From positions 16,837,962 to 16,901,961 of the forward strand of contig NC_068994.1 of the NCBI RefSeq assembly GCF_001194135.2: DNA of 64,000 bases, given 5' to 3'. This DNA is from Octopus bimaculoides (taxonomy: Eukaryota). Made by a program: the position numbers and the translations under genes. Under the pieces are notes generated by a model. The model was not told the origin of the DNA. It did no database searches and saw only the letters and a list, made by a program, of their open reading frames with translations. Shown piece by piece: positions 1 through 12,290 of the stretch (its first letter is position 1; each line of letters begins with the position of its first letter).

Positions 1-164
1 TGTATATAATTACATATTGGCTTCAACTGTTCTTGACTGACATTGCTATAATCAAAATTTGGGTTGATTTTGCTGAGTTTTGCACGGTTAAAAATGAAAA
101 TTTATATAAATTACTAAACTAAAAGCAGCCTGAAGAAACTATGGATTGGTCTGCATGGGGCAAA

Positions 165-650
165 ATTACACTAACAAAATTTTATTTTTTGTCTTAGGTC
201 AGTAAGTGTTATTTCCTATTTCTATCTTGAAATCAAAGGAAATGATTACCATACCCTGCAAACTTTGTTTTTTTTTATCTGGACATCACTGTTTTGAAAC
301 TGACCTATTTTCTATTACATTTCAGACATATTCAGTACTGAGTTGCTGAAGCAGAAATATTGTTATAGCAAATATTCTGCTCAATACCACAGATTTGCTT
401 GTCAGTTGCTTGACTGTAAACACTTGAACATGTCTCTTGGTGGCTGACAATGTGCATCTCTGATCATGAGCAGGAGTAGTGGGGAAGCATCATAGCCATG
501 TGTTGAGAGGGATTCTTTGGGGTTTGAATAAATGTAACAAAAGCAAAGTTTGAAGGAAATGTTAGTCATTTTTCATACTTTTTAGGGATAAGCAAATGGG
601 AAATAACAGTTGCTACCCAAGAACAAAAATCATGTTACATAGTGTTATGT
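165..650. mobile_element. TIR (MITE-like) element; related copies at about 26995-27360 (-) and 28750-29030 (+)
   Basis: Degenerate inverted ends of about 55 bp (tgttatttccYattt core). The internal sequence recurs elsewhere in the window. Confidence 0.65.
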
Positions 651-999
651 AAAGAAGTTTGTGAATTTAGATAAACTTGTCTTCTGTAGAGGGACAAAAG
701 AATTCTTTCAGTTTAATAAAATCTCTTTATCAGAGAGAGATAGAGAGAAACTTTTTGTAGTTTATGGTGATGTTAGTATAGAAAATACAAAAAGGTTTCT
801 TCAGCAAAGAGCTTTATTCAAAACATTAGGCCACTTGTCTCCCCATAGCATACAAACTTCACTAAATTTGCAGCTTGTTTTACTTTAAGATGTTTGCTTT
901 GAATTGAGTACTTTCTAGAAATATCTGCATACCCATGAATTAGTCATTTAAGCCACATTTTTAATTTTGATATTTTAGTCACCACATATGTTTAGTGCC

Positions 1000-2190
1000 A
1001 GTAACTCATGTCCCAGATATGTCACGGTTCCTTTAAATTAATATTGATAGTCACAACTGACCAAATTGTGTACAGTGCCAGTCTAACTTTATATTCCCAC
1101 ACTGCATTGTTCTTGCTCACGTAAGTTAGATACAATAACAGTATACAGCAAGAGGCAGTATATTTGAATGGTTTATAGCTTGAAATGCAGAGCTGGAATT
1201 CTCACATGATCCAGAAGAAAGCAAGGGCATGTTAGTTTAGTGTGTCTGCCTTTGAAGTTGTGTTTGCCTTCCTCTGATGTTAAATCACCCATTGATCTCT
1301 GATTAGAAGTCAAGCAATTGACACTAGACACTTGCATAAAAAAATAAAGATATATTGATTTCTTATCTTGATACAGAGTCGCATATTTTTGGGGAAGGGT
1401 ATGTAGTGGATTGAATTTTATTTTAACAATCCTGGTGAGAGAATAAGTACCAGATTTGTAGGGCAATGAAAGTATGTAATCTAAGGTGTATAGTCTAGCA
1501 CTCTTCTTCTCCTGACATTCCACTGTATTACAAAAGCAAGAAAGTCAACATCATACTGATTTTTCTGTCTTATCTATGTAACAATTTTCAAATGGAAAGG
1601 TTAATATGTCACTACTGAATATCGACTTATTGTACAAGTAATTTAGAATTTCTTGAACCCAGAGTTTGCTCCTCCTCTTTCTCTGTAAATCTGAACTTTC
1701 ATATCTGTGCATAAAAATTAATAAAGTAATTTCTTTGAAATTACTTTTGTCACTATTATTCCTGGAAGGATGAAAGATGAAGCTAATTGTGCCAAGATCA
1801 ACTTTGCCTTTTATCCTTTCAGAGTTGATGAAATAAATTTCCATTGAAGTGCTGGGAGAATGTTTAATTGATTATCCCTTCTTGCTCTCTGAATTTCTGG
1901 CTTGTGCATATGTTAGAAATTATTGTTACCAAGAGATTATTGTTAATAGTACCAAGCTGGAAGTGGTGTGGCACTCTTAATTTTTCTAGGCTCATACAAA
2001 CTGGTGAGAGTGTGGTGTTGTGGTTGATGTTTAATTTGAACTTTTATAAGTTGATACCAGTCGATAAAATGTAGGCATCTCTGAAAAATGAGTGAGCTAA
2101 GGATTTATACTGTGTCCATAGGATAAGACATGGTGGCCAAGAACAGAAAGGCTGGTGTGTTGAGTATGCCAGAGTGAAGGTGGGACACAA
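1000..2190 (-). pseudogene. Highly degenerate Penelope-like retroelement relic (RT to GIY-YIG region), interrupted by a SINE fragment
   Basis: Minus-strand fragments PTFYRLVSTYKS (cf. FYGLPKIHKS), LPY...LYQDKK, GR...TCP.FLL, LTYVSKN...TG..TVH and LNICG occur in Penelope order, with stops and frameshifts. Confidence 0.45.
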
Positions 2191-2205
2191 CTTATTTATT
2201 TAGAG

Positions 2206-2552
2206 CAGTGGTTCTCAATCAGGGTCTAGATGACATCTGGAGGTCCATATAAGATTGTTAGGGGTCCACACTAGGAAAATAATAAATTGGGAGATCTATA
2301 GTCGTATTTTAAGGGTCCATGAAAAGTTTTGATTTAAATGTATCTGTTGCAAGAAACAGCTAGGTTTCTTTCTCTAACATTTTACATCATTCTACCTATA
2401 CAAGTGAATAAATGAATAACAAAATGGAAATTTTGAAAGGAATATCTATAAAATTTGTTTTTAAACATCAAATAGCTATGGGGGGGGGGGGGCCACCAGA
2501 ACAGAAGAGCAATCAAAGGAGTCCATCGGCAAAAAATGATTGAGAACCATTG
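2206..2552. mobile_element. hAT (Charlie-like) MITE, 347 bp
   Basis: TIRs CAGTGGTTCTCAATC / GATTGAGAACCATTG. Perfect 8-bp TSD ATTTAGAG at 2198-2205 and 2553-2560. Confidence 0.92.
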
Positions 2553-3767
2553 ATTTAGAGGAACAACGGCTGCCCACTTGTAAAGGGTTGCCCATGCCTG
2601 ATATAAAATATATTTGTTGATCTTCTGTTAAAGTTTCACCTGTCTTGTTTTGATGTTGTTGCAGCAGGTTGAGAGAATTGTGCATTGTATTGTGATGATA
2701 CAATTAATATTTGTAAAAGATATGAAAAAGTAGATATAGTGTTTGATAACATACATGTGTGTGAGGTGTTCAGATATGCTGCAGGGTGACTTGTAACATA
2801 TCTAGCTATGGAAAAAAGCATTACTTTGCTTGGAAACAGGTGAGAGTTGGCAACAGAAATGGTGTCTGGCCATAGAAAATCTGCCTCAACAAGTTCCATC
2901 TGACCTATGCAAGCATGCAACAGTGGAGCTTGATGCTGTCCTATGGCTCACTAGCTCCTGTCTGATTCATACCAGCATGGAAAACTGATGTTAAATGGTG
3001 ATGAGTAAATATACTGCCGGGAAACAACAGAAACCCCTACTGTATTTTTAGTAAGACACATGATGAAACATCAAACAGCATGAATGTCCATGATTACCAA
3101 TGTCTGTAGGCATGGCACCTAAAGAGAGGGAGATAGACATAAACCCACGTACACACACATATATTCATATAAAAATACATACACATCCATATGCATATAT
3201 TTACATACACGCACATGTATATTTACCTGCCTATATGTACACATCTTTATACAGATAAATATATACATCCATATGAGTGTATACTTCCCACCTCACACTC
3301 TTGTAATCTATCCAACCACACATCTCTTTCTCATCCTCTTGCAGTGAGGGTTGACAACAGGAAGGGCATCTGGCCATAAAAGATCTGCTTTAACAAATTC
3401 CATCTAACCCATGCCGACATAGAAAAATGGATGTTAAAACAATGATGAGGATGATAATGCTGCACTGTCCCAGCCCTCTCTCTCTCTCACTCATATTTCT
3501 TAGAGCCCTTTCTTTTTCCCTTGTCCAATTACTCAGTGAGCTGACACTGATTAAATGTTTTATGTACTAGACTTCACTATTCTTTAGCTCTTACAAGGCT
3601 AATTTAGACAAGGTGTTATCCATATATGTTGCAATTAAGATTTTTTTCAGTGACAGTATGAGAGACTTTCTTCTCTAAACAAAACAAAAAAAAAAATGTG
3701 TTTTCTGGAAATGTTGTTGAAATTCTAATTACTGTTTACTTCATTTAATACACTTGTTTTTTTCCAG

Positions 3768-3807
3768 GCACCTCCTAAAAAAGAAAGAAAACAAAAAGAT
3801 GGAAAAG
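3768..3807 (+). CDS. SWIB/MDM2-domain protein (UAF30/spp27-like), first visible coding exon (APPKKERKQKDGK)
   Basis: tttccAG acceptor and AG|GTATGT donor. 40 nt, ends in phase 1 and joins in frame to 5250. Earlier exons were not found in the window. Confidence 0.8.
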
Positions 3808-5249
3808 GTATGTTATACACAGTTGTACTTTCATGTTTCAAATTACACACATGTGAATGTTTGTAATTACATTTATGTTGAGATAAACACAAACATATGC
3901 TAAATATCTTCTTCCATTCAAAGATTTCAAATCTTTAAAATATAACCCTAGAAACTGTCTGTCTGGTTCGTTATCAAACTTCTAAGTTATTAGACATTAG
4001 AAGATACCTCATAAACGGATGCATGTTTGTGTATGTGTATAAATATATATATTTATATATAAGAGGATGATTTTATAACTTTGTTAAACCAAAAAGCAAT
4101 TTCATTAAACTGAAGAACAAAAATAAAAATAAGACTGCAGCTGGAAGTGCTCAGGTGACACCAAGGCGAAAGGAGAAATAAATTGAAAGGTATAATGAAT
4201 AAACACTCCAATCAGTCAGAACTTGAAATCATTCCCAAATTTTCCAAAATGAAATATAAATACACTACATCTCTGAGAAACTATTAAACTTTCAAGAATC
4301 CACTCCATTACTGTGCAAAACAATATGTGTATCTGTGTTTGTGTGTGTGTTCCCTTGTTTTGATATCATCAGATGGTTAGAAATGAAGCTATGCTCTTTC
4401 CAGTTTTCTGTGAAAAACATTTGGTTATGGGAAACCATTACTTTGCTTAGAAAAAGATAAGTGTTGGTAATGGCATCCAGCTGTAAAACAATCTGCCTCA
4501 ATGAATTCTGACTCATGAAAAAGTAGATGTTACAATGATGATGAAGATGATATATATATTCCATGGTAGAGCACAATTTGTCATTATAGACAAGTGGCCT
4601 TTTTGGCTTGGCTGTTTTGAGCTGAAATCTTCTCATTGCCTGAAATTCTGTCTGGCACTACTTCATTGTATTTCAACATGAGAAGTGATGTTCTCTGGTG
4701 ACATCTTAAAAACCTGATGATTTAAGCAATGTTATTGATACTGCTGAAGATGATATGAAATGCATGTAATAAAACTGAACTCCTAAAAATATCTGAATTT
4801 CCAAAACCAGTCAACTCAACTTCTCATTTTCATTAGTTTACCTTTTAATTGGACTTGGAACAAGTTCATCAAGCTGTTTGTGAACTGGTTTCAGTTCTTA
4901 ATACCTTTACTGCATTTGCCTCACTCAAGTTCTTGGGAATGGTATAAATATTGTAACTCTCACATTTTCTTCACACCTAATTATCACAGGTCTCTCTCAC
5001 ACATACACATGCACACAGCCGATTATCCTTTGCTACTGTTTGAAGGTGGATCCTTCAATATAGTCCCATGTTGTGGAATATGCAATGATTATAAAAAAAA
5101 ATCCCTAGTCTTTGTGAATGTAGAAATTAATGTCAGTGACCAAGTTTGAACCATTAATCGTAACCCATTCTTTCTAATACACTGTTTAACAAAGCTTATT
5201 TTACATGAAATCACTATTGTAATTTTCTGTTTTATGTTCTACTTCACAG

Positions 5250-5320
5250 CCCGAGTGTCTATTTACAGCAAGCCATGTATATTATCTGGTGAATTAGCAG
5301 TTGTTATGGGAACAGACAGA
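5250..5320 (+). CDS. SWIB-domain protein exon (ARVSIYSKPCILSGELAVVMGTDR)
   Basis: cttcacAG acceptor and GTAAGT donor. 71 nt. LSGELAVVMG matches the SWIB N-terminal LSxELAxxxG pattern. Confidence 0.92.
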
Positions 5321-5693
5321 GTAAGTAGGACAAATGTTTTCTTCCAAGATACTGCATTTACATCTCACTTTTCCTCTCTTATTCATTTGAGTATATTTCT
5401 GGAAATTTGACTGTGATGTGTACAAATTGTTGCAGCAAGTATTTTATTGCTATTAAGTTCTTTTCTATCTATGGGATTATGTTAACATAAGAAGTAATAA
5501 TCTTTAGTGTTTCAAATATAATAGTTAAACAGAATATAGTTTGGTATAGTGACATTTAGACAAGATAGTGAATTTTTGTTAAAGGTGGGGAAGCATATTT
5601 GGGAATTCAAGAGTTTGACATCAGTGTTTTTGAGATATCACTGCAGTTTGTTTCTAGCTCTGGTTGATATTGTCTTTTATTCATTATTTTTAG

Positions 5694-5753
5694 ATGGCAA
5701 GGAAAGATGTTGTCAAAAGTATGTGGAAAATAGTCAAAGAAAGAGAACTTGAA
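5694..5753 (+). CDS. SWIB-domain protein exon (MARKDVVKSMWKIVKERELE)
   Basis: tttttAG acceptor and GTAAGT donor. 60 nt, phase 0/0. Matches SWIB RxxVVKxxWxxIKExxL. Confidence 0.93.
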
Positions 5754-6610
5754 GTAAGTATTTGTATCTTTTCCCAAACTCTGTTCAACATTTTTGCAAT
5801 CTGTAAGGAAGGTTAATGCCTTAACTGTTTTCTTTTTTTAAATATCTCATTGTCTTAAATTCCTAACATCCTCAAATAAACAGACTTGAAAGCAATCTTG
5901 TAGATGAAATTTAATTTACTTGGGAAGAAACAATTGTTTCCTATTGATTTCTCTAGACTTGTCAGATAATTTACATTACTAGCTAATCAAATACTAATTG
6001 AGTTAAATGTTGTACCCACTGTTTACAGTAATGAATGGTCTCTCTGAATTACTTATATTAACTAAGAGAGTAAAAATTATGTATCTTTATCATGGCAGCG
6101 AGCTGGTAGAAACATTAGCATGCCAGGCAAAATGCTTAGCTGTATTTCACCTGTCTTTACGTTTTGAGTTCAAATTCTGCTGAGGTCGACTTTGCCTTTC
6201 ATCCTTTCAAGATTGATAAATTAAGTACCAGTTGCGTACTGGGGTCAACCTAATCGACTGACTTCCTTTTCCAAAATTTCGGGCTTTGTGCCTAGAGTAG
6301 AAAAGATTATGTATCTTAGTCAGGACTGTTATGCAAACTGGCAGAATTATATCCCATACTTAATCTTCTGTTGAAATAAATGTCTGTTATCTTAAGCATC
6401 AAGAACAAGATATAGAGCATGTAATACCATAACTTGAAACAATAATCCAATAATAGACTGAAACCATATATCTACTTGTCTGTTGTAATTCAATTAAACT
6501 CTTTCTGAATTTGTTACTCAATAATGCTTTAGCCATTTAGTTTATCAACTTCAATGATCGTGTGTTTTAAATGTTAGGCATAATTAATGTATTTTCAACG
6601 TCTCTTTCAG

Positions 6611-6665
6611 GATCCTAAAAACAAACAGTTCATGATTTGTGATGAGCAACTTCAGAAAGTCTTTG
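6611..6665 (+). CDS. SWIB-domain protein exon (DPKNKQFMICDEQLQKVF)
   Basis: ctttcAG acceptor and G|GTAAT donor. 55 nt. DPxNKxxIxCDxxLxxVFG is the SWIB hallmark. Confidence 0.95.
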
Positions 6666-7724
6666 GTAATATATGGAATATTAACTACTTTTTACCTCTC
6701 CTTCACTTGTTCTTTCAACATGCTATTACAATGTTTATGATTTGAAACTCAGCAAAGTTGCATGTATTGTTGTAAATTAAATAAAGGTGCCTGTGGACCT
6801 CTAACACAAAATATATCTGGTCTGTGAACCTCTTCTGTTTAGTCATTCATCTCTTCTCTTTGATCATGTTGCTTTCAGGGATTCTTATGACTCCATTATT
6901 ATGAATTTGAATTGAGATCTTGAGTCATAATAAATCTTTCATTAGCTGATTATTCAACCATAGATACCCCCCCCCCCCGGATGCATTGCAGTTACTCTCT
7001 CGATAGAGCTTGGTGGTCCTGACTGTTGATCTTCTAGGACTCCTCCACTCCACATTAATGTAAGAAGCACTGTTGACTCAGGTGAGCCCTTCTACTACCT
7101 CTTCACAATCTGCCATGTTGCAGTCCCATGACTTTGCTGTATCCTTGGCAGGCTGAATGGGTGCTACACCTTGCCAAAAGGCAACCCGTAATTATGCAAG
7201 GCATGGTTGTTGCTCCACGAGGTATTTTCAAAATACTCACATACCCATGAGTCATTAATAATTGTATTTTACTTTTTTTTTTTCTGCTGCTGTTGAGCCC
7301 CAGTTTTTTCCTGACCTAGCAAACCTATGATCAGATGTCCCACCTGTGGCCAAAATGTTTTTTACAGGCAGAGAATCCAATATGTCCTTTATTTAAAGAC
7401 ATTAGGCAATATTATGAAGATTTGCTTGCTATCATTATCAGGTTGTGGGACTAGTGATTTTGTTGTTTGGTTTAGATGGTAAATACCCATCATTGGAGTA
7501 AATTCAAAAACACATTTTTCTGACACTCTAACAATTCTGCCAGCTTCCTATATAGGTTTGTTCATTATAATTTTCCTTCTACTAGACTTGACCTACAGCA
7601 ATGTTGAAAATACAAAACGTACCCCAAGATTCTGACTTGAAGCTTCTCTCTCTCTCTCTCTCACTGATCAAGTATTGTTGTACATCAGATTTCATTATAT
7701 CCTATTTTTGTTTACAATTTATAG

Positions 7725-7795
7725 GGAGAAAACGGGTCAGGACATTTGGAATGATGAAACATCTTAAAAATCACATCAAAGATGCTGTGGACTAA
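7725..7795 (+). CDS. SWIB-domain protein last coding exon (GRKRVRTFGMMKHLKNHIKDAVD*)
   Basis: atAG acceptor, in frame with the previous exon. TAA at 7793-7795. The exon ends at 7800 before a GTGAGT donor. Confidence 0.92.
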
Positions 7796-7869
7796 ATCAT
7801 GTGAGTATTATTAAACTATACAGATCACAGTCATGGTTACTACTACACCGTAACATAAAATCCTCATTA

Positions 7870-8990
7870 TTGACATTTTAGCATCTGATACCACTGCATC
7901 CTTTATCTTCCTTTTCCATAGTTACCAATTGCAATACTTGCTTAGCTGCTTACACAGCTCAGCCTCTTGTGCAGGTTAACATTATGCATCCAATGGATTG
8001 TGATCACCTAGTTTCTCTTTTACCTCCAGATTTTTCCATGTAGTTACTTATGTTTCGCTATTTCACACTTCTTATACATCCTTCCTCCCTCTTGCATGGA
8101 GAATCTTACATTTACAGCTGATAAATGCAGTAGCTTGCTGAACTTCTTTTGGCTCTTTCTTCACTTAAGCAACTACATTTTCGTTACATCAAACTCCTGC
8201 AATAATTAGTTCATGTAGGTAACATAAATTAATCAAGTGAGTTAGCTGTCTGAGATTTGTTAGATCTTGTAACAAAATTCATGAACTTAACTGCACTTGT
8301 GGATTTACCATCTTTGAAGAAATTCTCTTTCTCCTTTAAGTCTGCAAGAGATCTCACCACCTTTTTTGTGTATGCATTAATTGCACCTAGTGCACAATAC
8401 TGAATTCCCTCTTAATGTCTTTCCTACACAACAAGCAACGCTACTTTCCAGATGTTACTGGAGATTTTGTTCTTTGTTGTTTTGTCGCTAGCACTGTGGT
8501 TTTCATCATGTTGACCTTGAATTTAGGCTTTCAACTTCGGGTATGCTTGTAATTTTTTCTGCAACCCTGACACAGATCTTGCTACAAGAACCAAATCATC
8601 AGCATAAAAAGTTTCCAAGGACAATTGTCCTGAATTCTTACAGATTATAATAAATAAAAGTGGGTGGATGACACCTTACACATTGCGATACTTATTTACT
8701 TGTTAACAACTACAATCTTGCTAACTTTATCATCCACACATATTTGCATGGCTGCTACAAACCATTCAATGTTCATCTTGTTTTCCTGATGCTCAAAGGA
8801 CTTTGTGAAAGTTAGAGTAGTTTGTTCTTAGTTTTGGTTACCTCATCAAAAATATGGTATGGGTGACTCAAATTACATTCTGTTCAAGGTAATCCTGAAT
8901 TTTGAAAGCTTGTTTGTATTTGCTACTTTCTAGTATATTTCCTCTGCCCTTGTGGCAGTTCACAATGATCCTGCTATGCTAGTCTTGTTA
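7870..8990 (-). mobile_element. RTE-clade LINE reverse-transcriptase fragment (degenerate)
   Basis: Minus strand reads CPWKL(F)YADDLVLVARS (YADD at 8606-8595), preceded by a decayed GV....PLLFIII segment. Multiple stops. Confidence 0.8.
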
Positions 8991-9119
8991 AGGATTGCAT
9001 CTTCCTGTACTAAATAACTGGCCTATGACCAACATAACCTCATGTGTTTAGCATTTTAGTAACTATTCCTTGTAGACAACTGCTTTGTTTGTGTTTAATT
9101 CTTTAAATAGAATTACTAT

Positions 9120-9523
9120 CGAGTTAAATTCGACGACTGGCACCCATGCCAACGTCGTCTCTTTCATTGGACACGAAACTTATTGGGGCAAGCGAAAGCG
9201 AAATCGTGATGGCACCTGTGCCCAGCGTCACCTTTCTGGCACTTGTGCCTGCAGCATGTGTAAGGACTTTCGAGCGAGATCGTTGCCAGTGCCCCTGGAC
9301 TGGCTCTTGTGCGGGTGGCACATAAAATACACCATTTTGAGTGTGGCCGTTGCCAGTACCACCTGACTGGCCTTCGTGCCGGTGGCATGTAAAAGCACCC
9401 ACTACAATCTCTGAGTAGTTGGCGTTAGGAAGGGCATCNNNNNNNNNNNNNNNNNNNNNNNNNNNNNNNNNACCCATGCTAGCATGGAAAGCAGACGTTA
9501 AACGACGATGATGATGATGATGA
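9120..9523 (+). mobile_element. Retroposon with RTE-type (GAT)n tail and internal hairpin tandem (family C)
   Basis: Tail ccatgctagcatggaaagcagacgttaaacgacgatgatg. Many tail-only copies in both orientations (2.8, 3.3, 4.4, 13.2, 18.1, 29.0, 33.3, 34.6, 41.4, 43.2, 45.3 and 46.0 kb). Confidence 0.75.
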
Positions 9524-9636
9524 TATTAAAACTAGTTTTTGATTCTATGCTCCTATTTGGTAACGTGATACAGCTAATGAACTCCCATGTTTCCTTTTTT
9601 AAATTTAAATTTTAAATTGTTTCTTTTTCATTTCAG

Positions 9637-9885
9637 AAGCCATCAAGATCAAGCGGGGTATCAACGATTCAACCTTGCAGAACTTTCCGTCTGTACACTG
9701 CTTACCTACCACTCCCTCCACTGTAGAGCTTTTTGTTTTTTTTTTTAACCCTCATCCATACCATGCATTTAGGATCCATGACAACTACAACTGCCAAACC
9801 GTGTTTCCTCCCATCTTGTTCTGTCTGTCTGTCTCTTTCTCTCTCTCTCTCTCTCTCTCGCCCCCTTTCTCAGAACCTGTCTGTC

Positions 9886-9916
<31 letters not shown>

Positions 9917-11140
9917 CCGTGTGTGCATGCATGCATGTGCGTGTGTGTCCCCCTCTTTCCTTTTGTACTTTTCACACCTCATTGCAGATATGTTCAGTGA
10001 ATGCTTTACTGTTACTCATCATTTCATTCAGAAAATGTTACTACTCTTACTACCACAATACTCCTTACTACAACTACTACGACCACCATCCCCTTAGCTC
10101 TTGCTTCTGCTGCTGCTACCTCTGTTACTCTTAACAACTGGTACTGCTGTTTCATTGGACAATTAAGCAGGGTTCAGCAGCTGTTGACATTGCATTGAAT
10201 GGTCTCCATTACAAGACTAGAATATCCAGTCTCAAACACAAAAAATATATAAACATTTCCTTCCATCTTCTGGATGAGAACTTTCAATATTTTTTTGACT
10301 GCCATTCCCCCATATATATTTTTCTCTCTTTCAAGTACAACAAGGTTTCAAGTCTTAGGCCAGACTCTTTATTTATGAATTTTGATGCAACTTTGTTGGT
10401 TTATACAACTGTGGCTGCCAGTATGGTCACTGGACGTAATATGTCTGATGTAGTTAAATTTTAAGGGTGGTTTATATAGGTGTCTTTACAATTTTATAAA
10501 GTTTTGTCATATACCAGCTCTTGAAAATGTGAAAGTATATAATGTGCATTCATGCACACACTTGATATATGTACATTGTATCGGTGTGAATACACACACA
10601 TACTATTACTACTACTATATATTAAGGTATATATTTATGTACGAATGTTTTCTGTGTAATATGGTGATCCTCCTTGAGTTTGACTAAAGCAGATCGCTTG
10701 ACAGTCAAATTGTCTTTTAGACTACACACACACACATACATAGTACATACATACCAATCTTTTTCTGTGTTTGTACTGATTATAGTCACGTCAAGACCAA
10801 ATTTTGTTTTATTTGTGTAAGCCATACAATGGATATAATTGTTTAAAGTTTCTAACTGTTGATCTGTGTTAGGTCTTTAAGAACCAGATTCTAAATTTTG
10901 GTTCAGTAGACTAACTTTTGACTGGATCCTTGTTCCAGTTTAATAATAATAAAAATATTTTAAAATCCATACAGTTAGTTTAAAATGTCATTCTACTAAT
11001 CTCCCACATGTGTAGATTTGTTTTTTTGTTTTTTTTAAGATTGATTTTTATTTTTATTATACATATTCCTAATTTAAATAATCATTCCCCTTCCCTTTTT
11101 TTTAACTTCTATCTTGAACCAAGAGTACAAAATAAAATTT
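9637..11140 (+). other. Probable non-coding terminal (3' UTR) exon of the SWIB-domain gene
   Basis: Strong polypyrimidine tract and tttcAG acceptor at 9635-9636, followed by unique sequence. AATAAA candidates at 10948 and 11131; the 3' end is uncertain. Confidence 0.6.
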
Positions 11141-11464
11141 AAAAAAAAAAAACTGCAACAAAGCAAAATTTTTTATAGACTTGTTTGAGAAATTACAAAA
11201 TTGGAAGGAGAAAAGAATTAAAAAAAAAATAAATGAATGCAAAAATCCTAGTATTTTTATTGTATTTTTCTGTGGAAAAAAATATTTTCATGTACCTCGT
11301 TTTTACCCAGACGGCCTAGGTTTGATTCCTGGCATGGGAATGCTTTCTTCATGGTGTGTTCCACCATGACCACAGCCGCATGGCTGAAACGAGTAAAAGA
11401 GTAAAAAAAAAAAAAAAAAAGTGACCAAAACTTGGAAGGAAAATCATTTCTCCAGGTGCAGATA

Positions 11465-11870
11465 TTCCCTATATTACCAACAGTGGAGGAATGTGTTCTG
11501 AATGCAGATTAGAAGTGGAGAATGTTCAGGGAGCTATTAACTTAGCTGACAAGGGGATTTTTCACTGAGTGAAGAGGGTAAACTGTATAGTGCTTGTGTC
11601 AAACAGTGTTATTGTATAGTAGTAGATATGGGATATTGAATGGCGAAGACATTTGTCAGAAAAGAAATGAAGCAAGCATGATCTATTGGATGTATGAATG
11701 ACAAGACATAGCTGAACTGAGAGGAAAATCCTGGTATTAGAGGAATCAGGTATAGTGTGCAAGAGAGATGATTGCATTAGTTCAGACTTGCAATGTATGT
11801 AGGTAAGGAAGTGCCAGAACATCCATGCAAAGGGTACCATCAGAAATGGTGAAAGGTGATTTCAAGATGG
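11465..11870 (+). mobile_element. RTE LINE 3' ORF fragment
   Basis: Degenerate SGG.CSE...FRELL...KG.SL..GKLY.ACV...RNEASMI.W peptide. Confidence 0.65.
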
Positions 11871-12136
11871 CAAGAAGCTGCAACAAGTGGCAGGATGTTG
11901 TGTTGGTGAAGATCTTGAGTTCAGTTTTACTGCGCTGTACCTTGGGCAAGTGTCTTCAACTATAATCCCAGGCTGACCAAAGCCTTGTGAATGGATTTGG
12001 TTGAAGAAAACTAGAAGCATGTTTGCTAGTGATGAAACTTCTATATAGACATTCAGTTAATCCTTTTTCAACTTGCACACCACCATCTTAGAGGACATTC
12101 AATAATGTAATCCTTAATACTATAAAAATAAATGAG

Positions 12137-12290
12137 ATGGTGAGAGAGAAGTGTGTATGGATGGATAATGGTGTGCTTGCTCTTAGTGATCCAGAAAGGA
12201 AAGAGCCATGGAAGAGCTACTATGAAAGACTATTAAATGTGGAGGATGAATGGGGCGAAGGGAGTCTTCCTCATATTGTACTCAAGAAGA
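12137..12290 (+). mobile_element. RTE LINE fragment (endonuclease-RT linker)
   Basis: ORF track: EKCVWMDNGVLALSDPERKEPWKSYYERLLNVEDEW, typical of the RTE W..YYE.LLN.E..W segment. Confidence 0.7.

Noticed and set aside
1551-1844. 97-aa minus-strand ORF as a host gene
   Set aside because: It begins inside a SINE fragment and runs into the decayed Penelope-like relic, with no splice support.
3955-4025. Hammerhead-like traces on the minus strand (TTTATGAGG...GAACC); similar trace at 10776-10805 (+)
   Set aside because: Core positions are mutated at both ends and there is no stem I, so it is too degenerate to call.
9675-10198. Overlapping ORFs in the SWIB gene 3' region
   Set aside because: Microsatellite (CT, GT, ACT) read-through in a probable 3' UTR.
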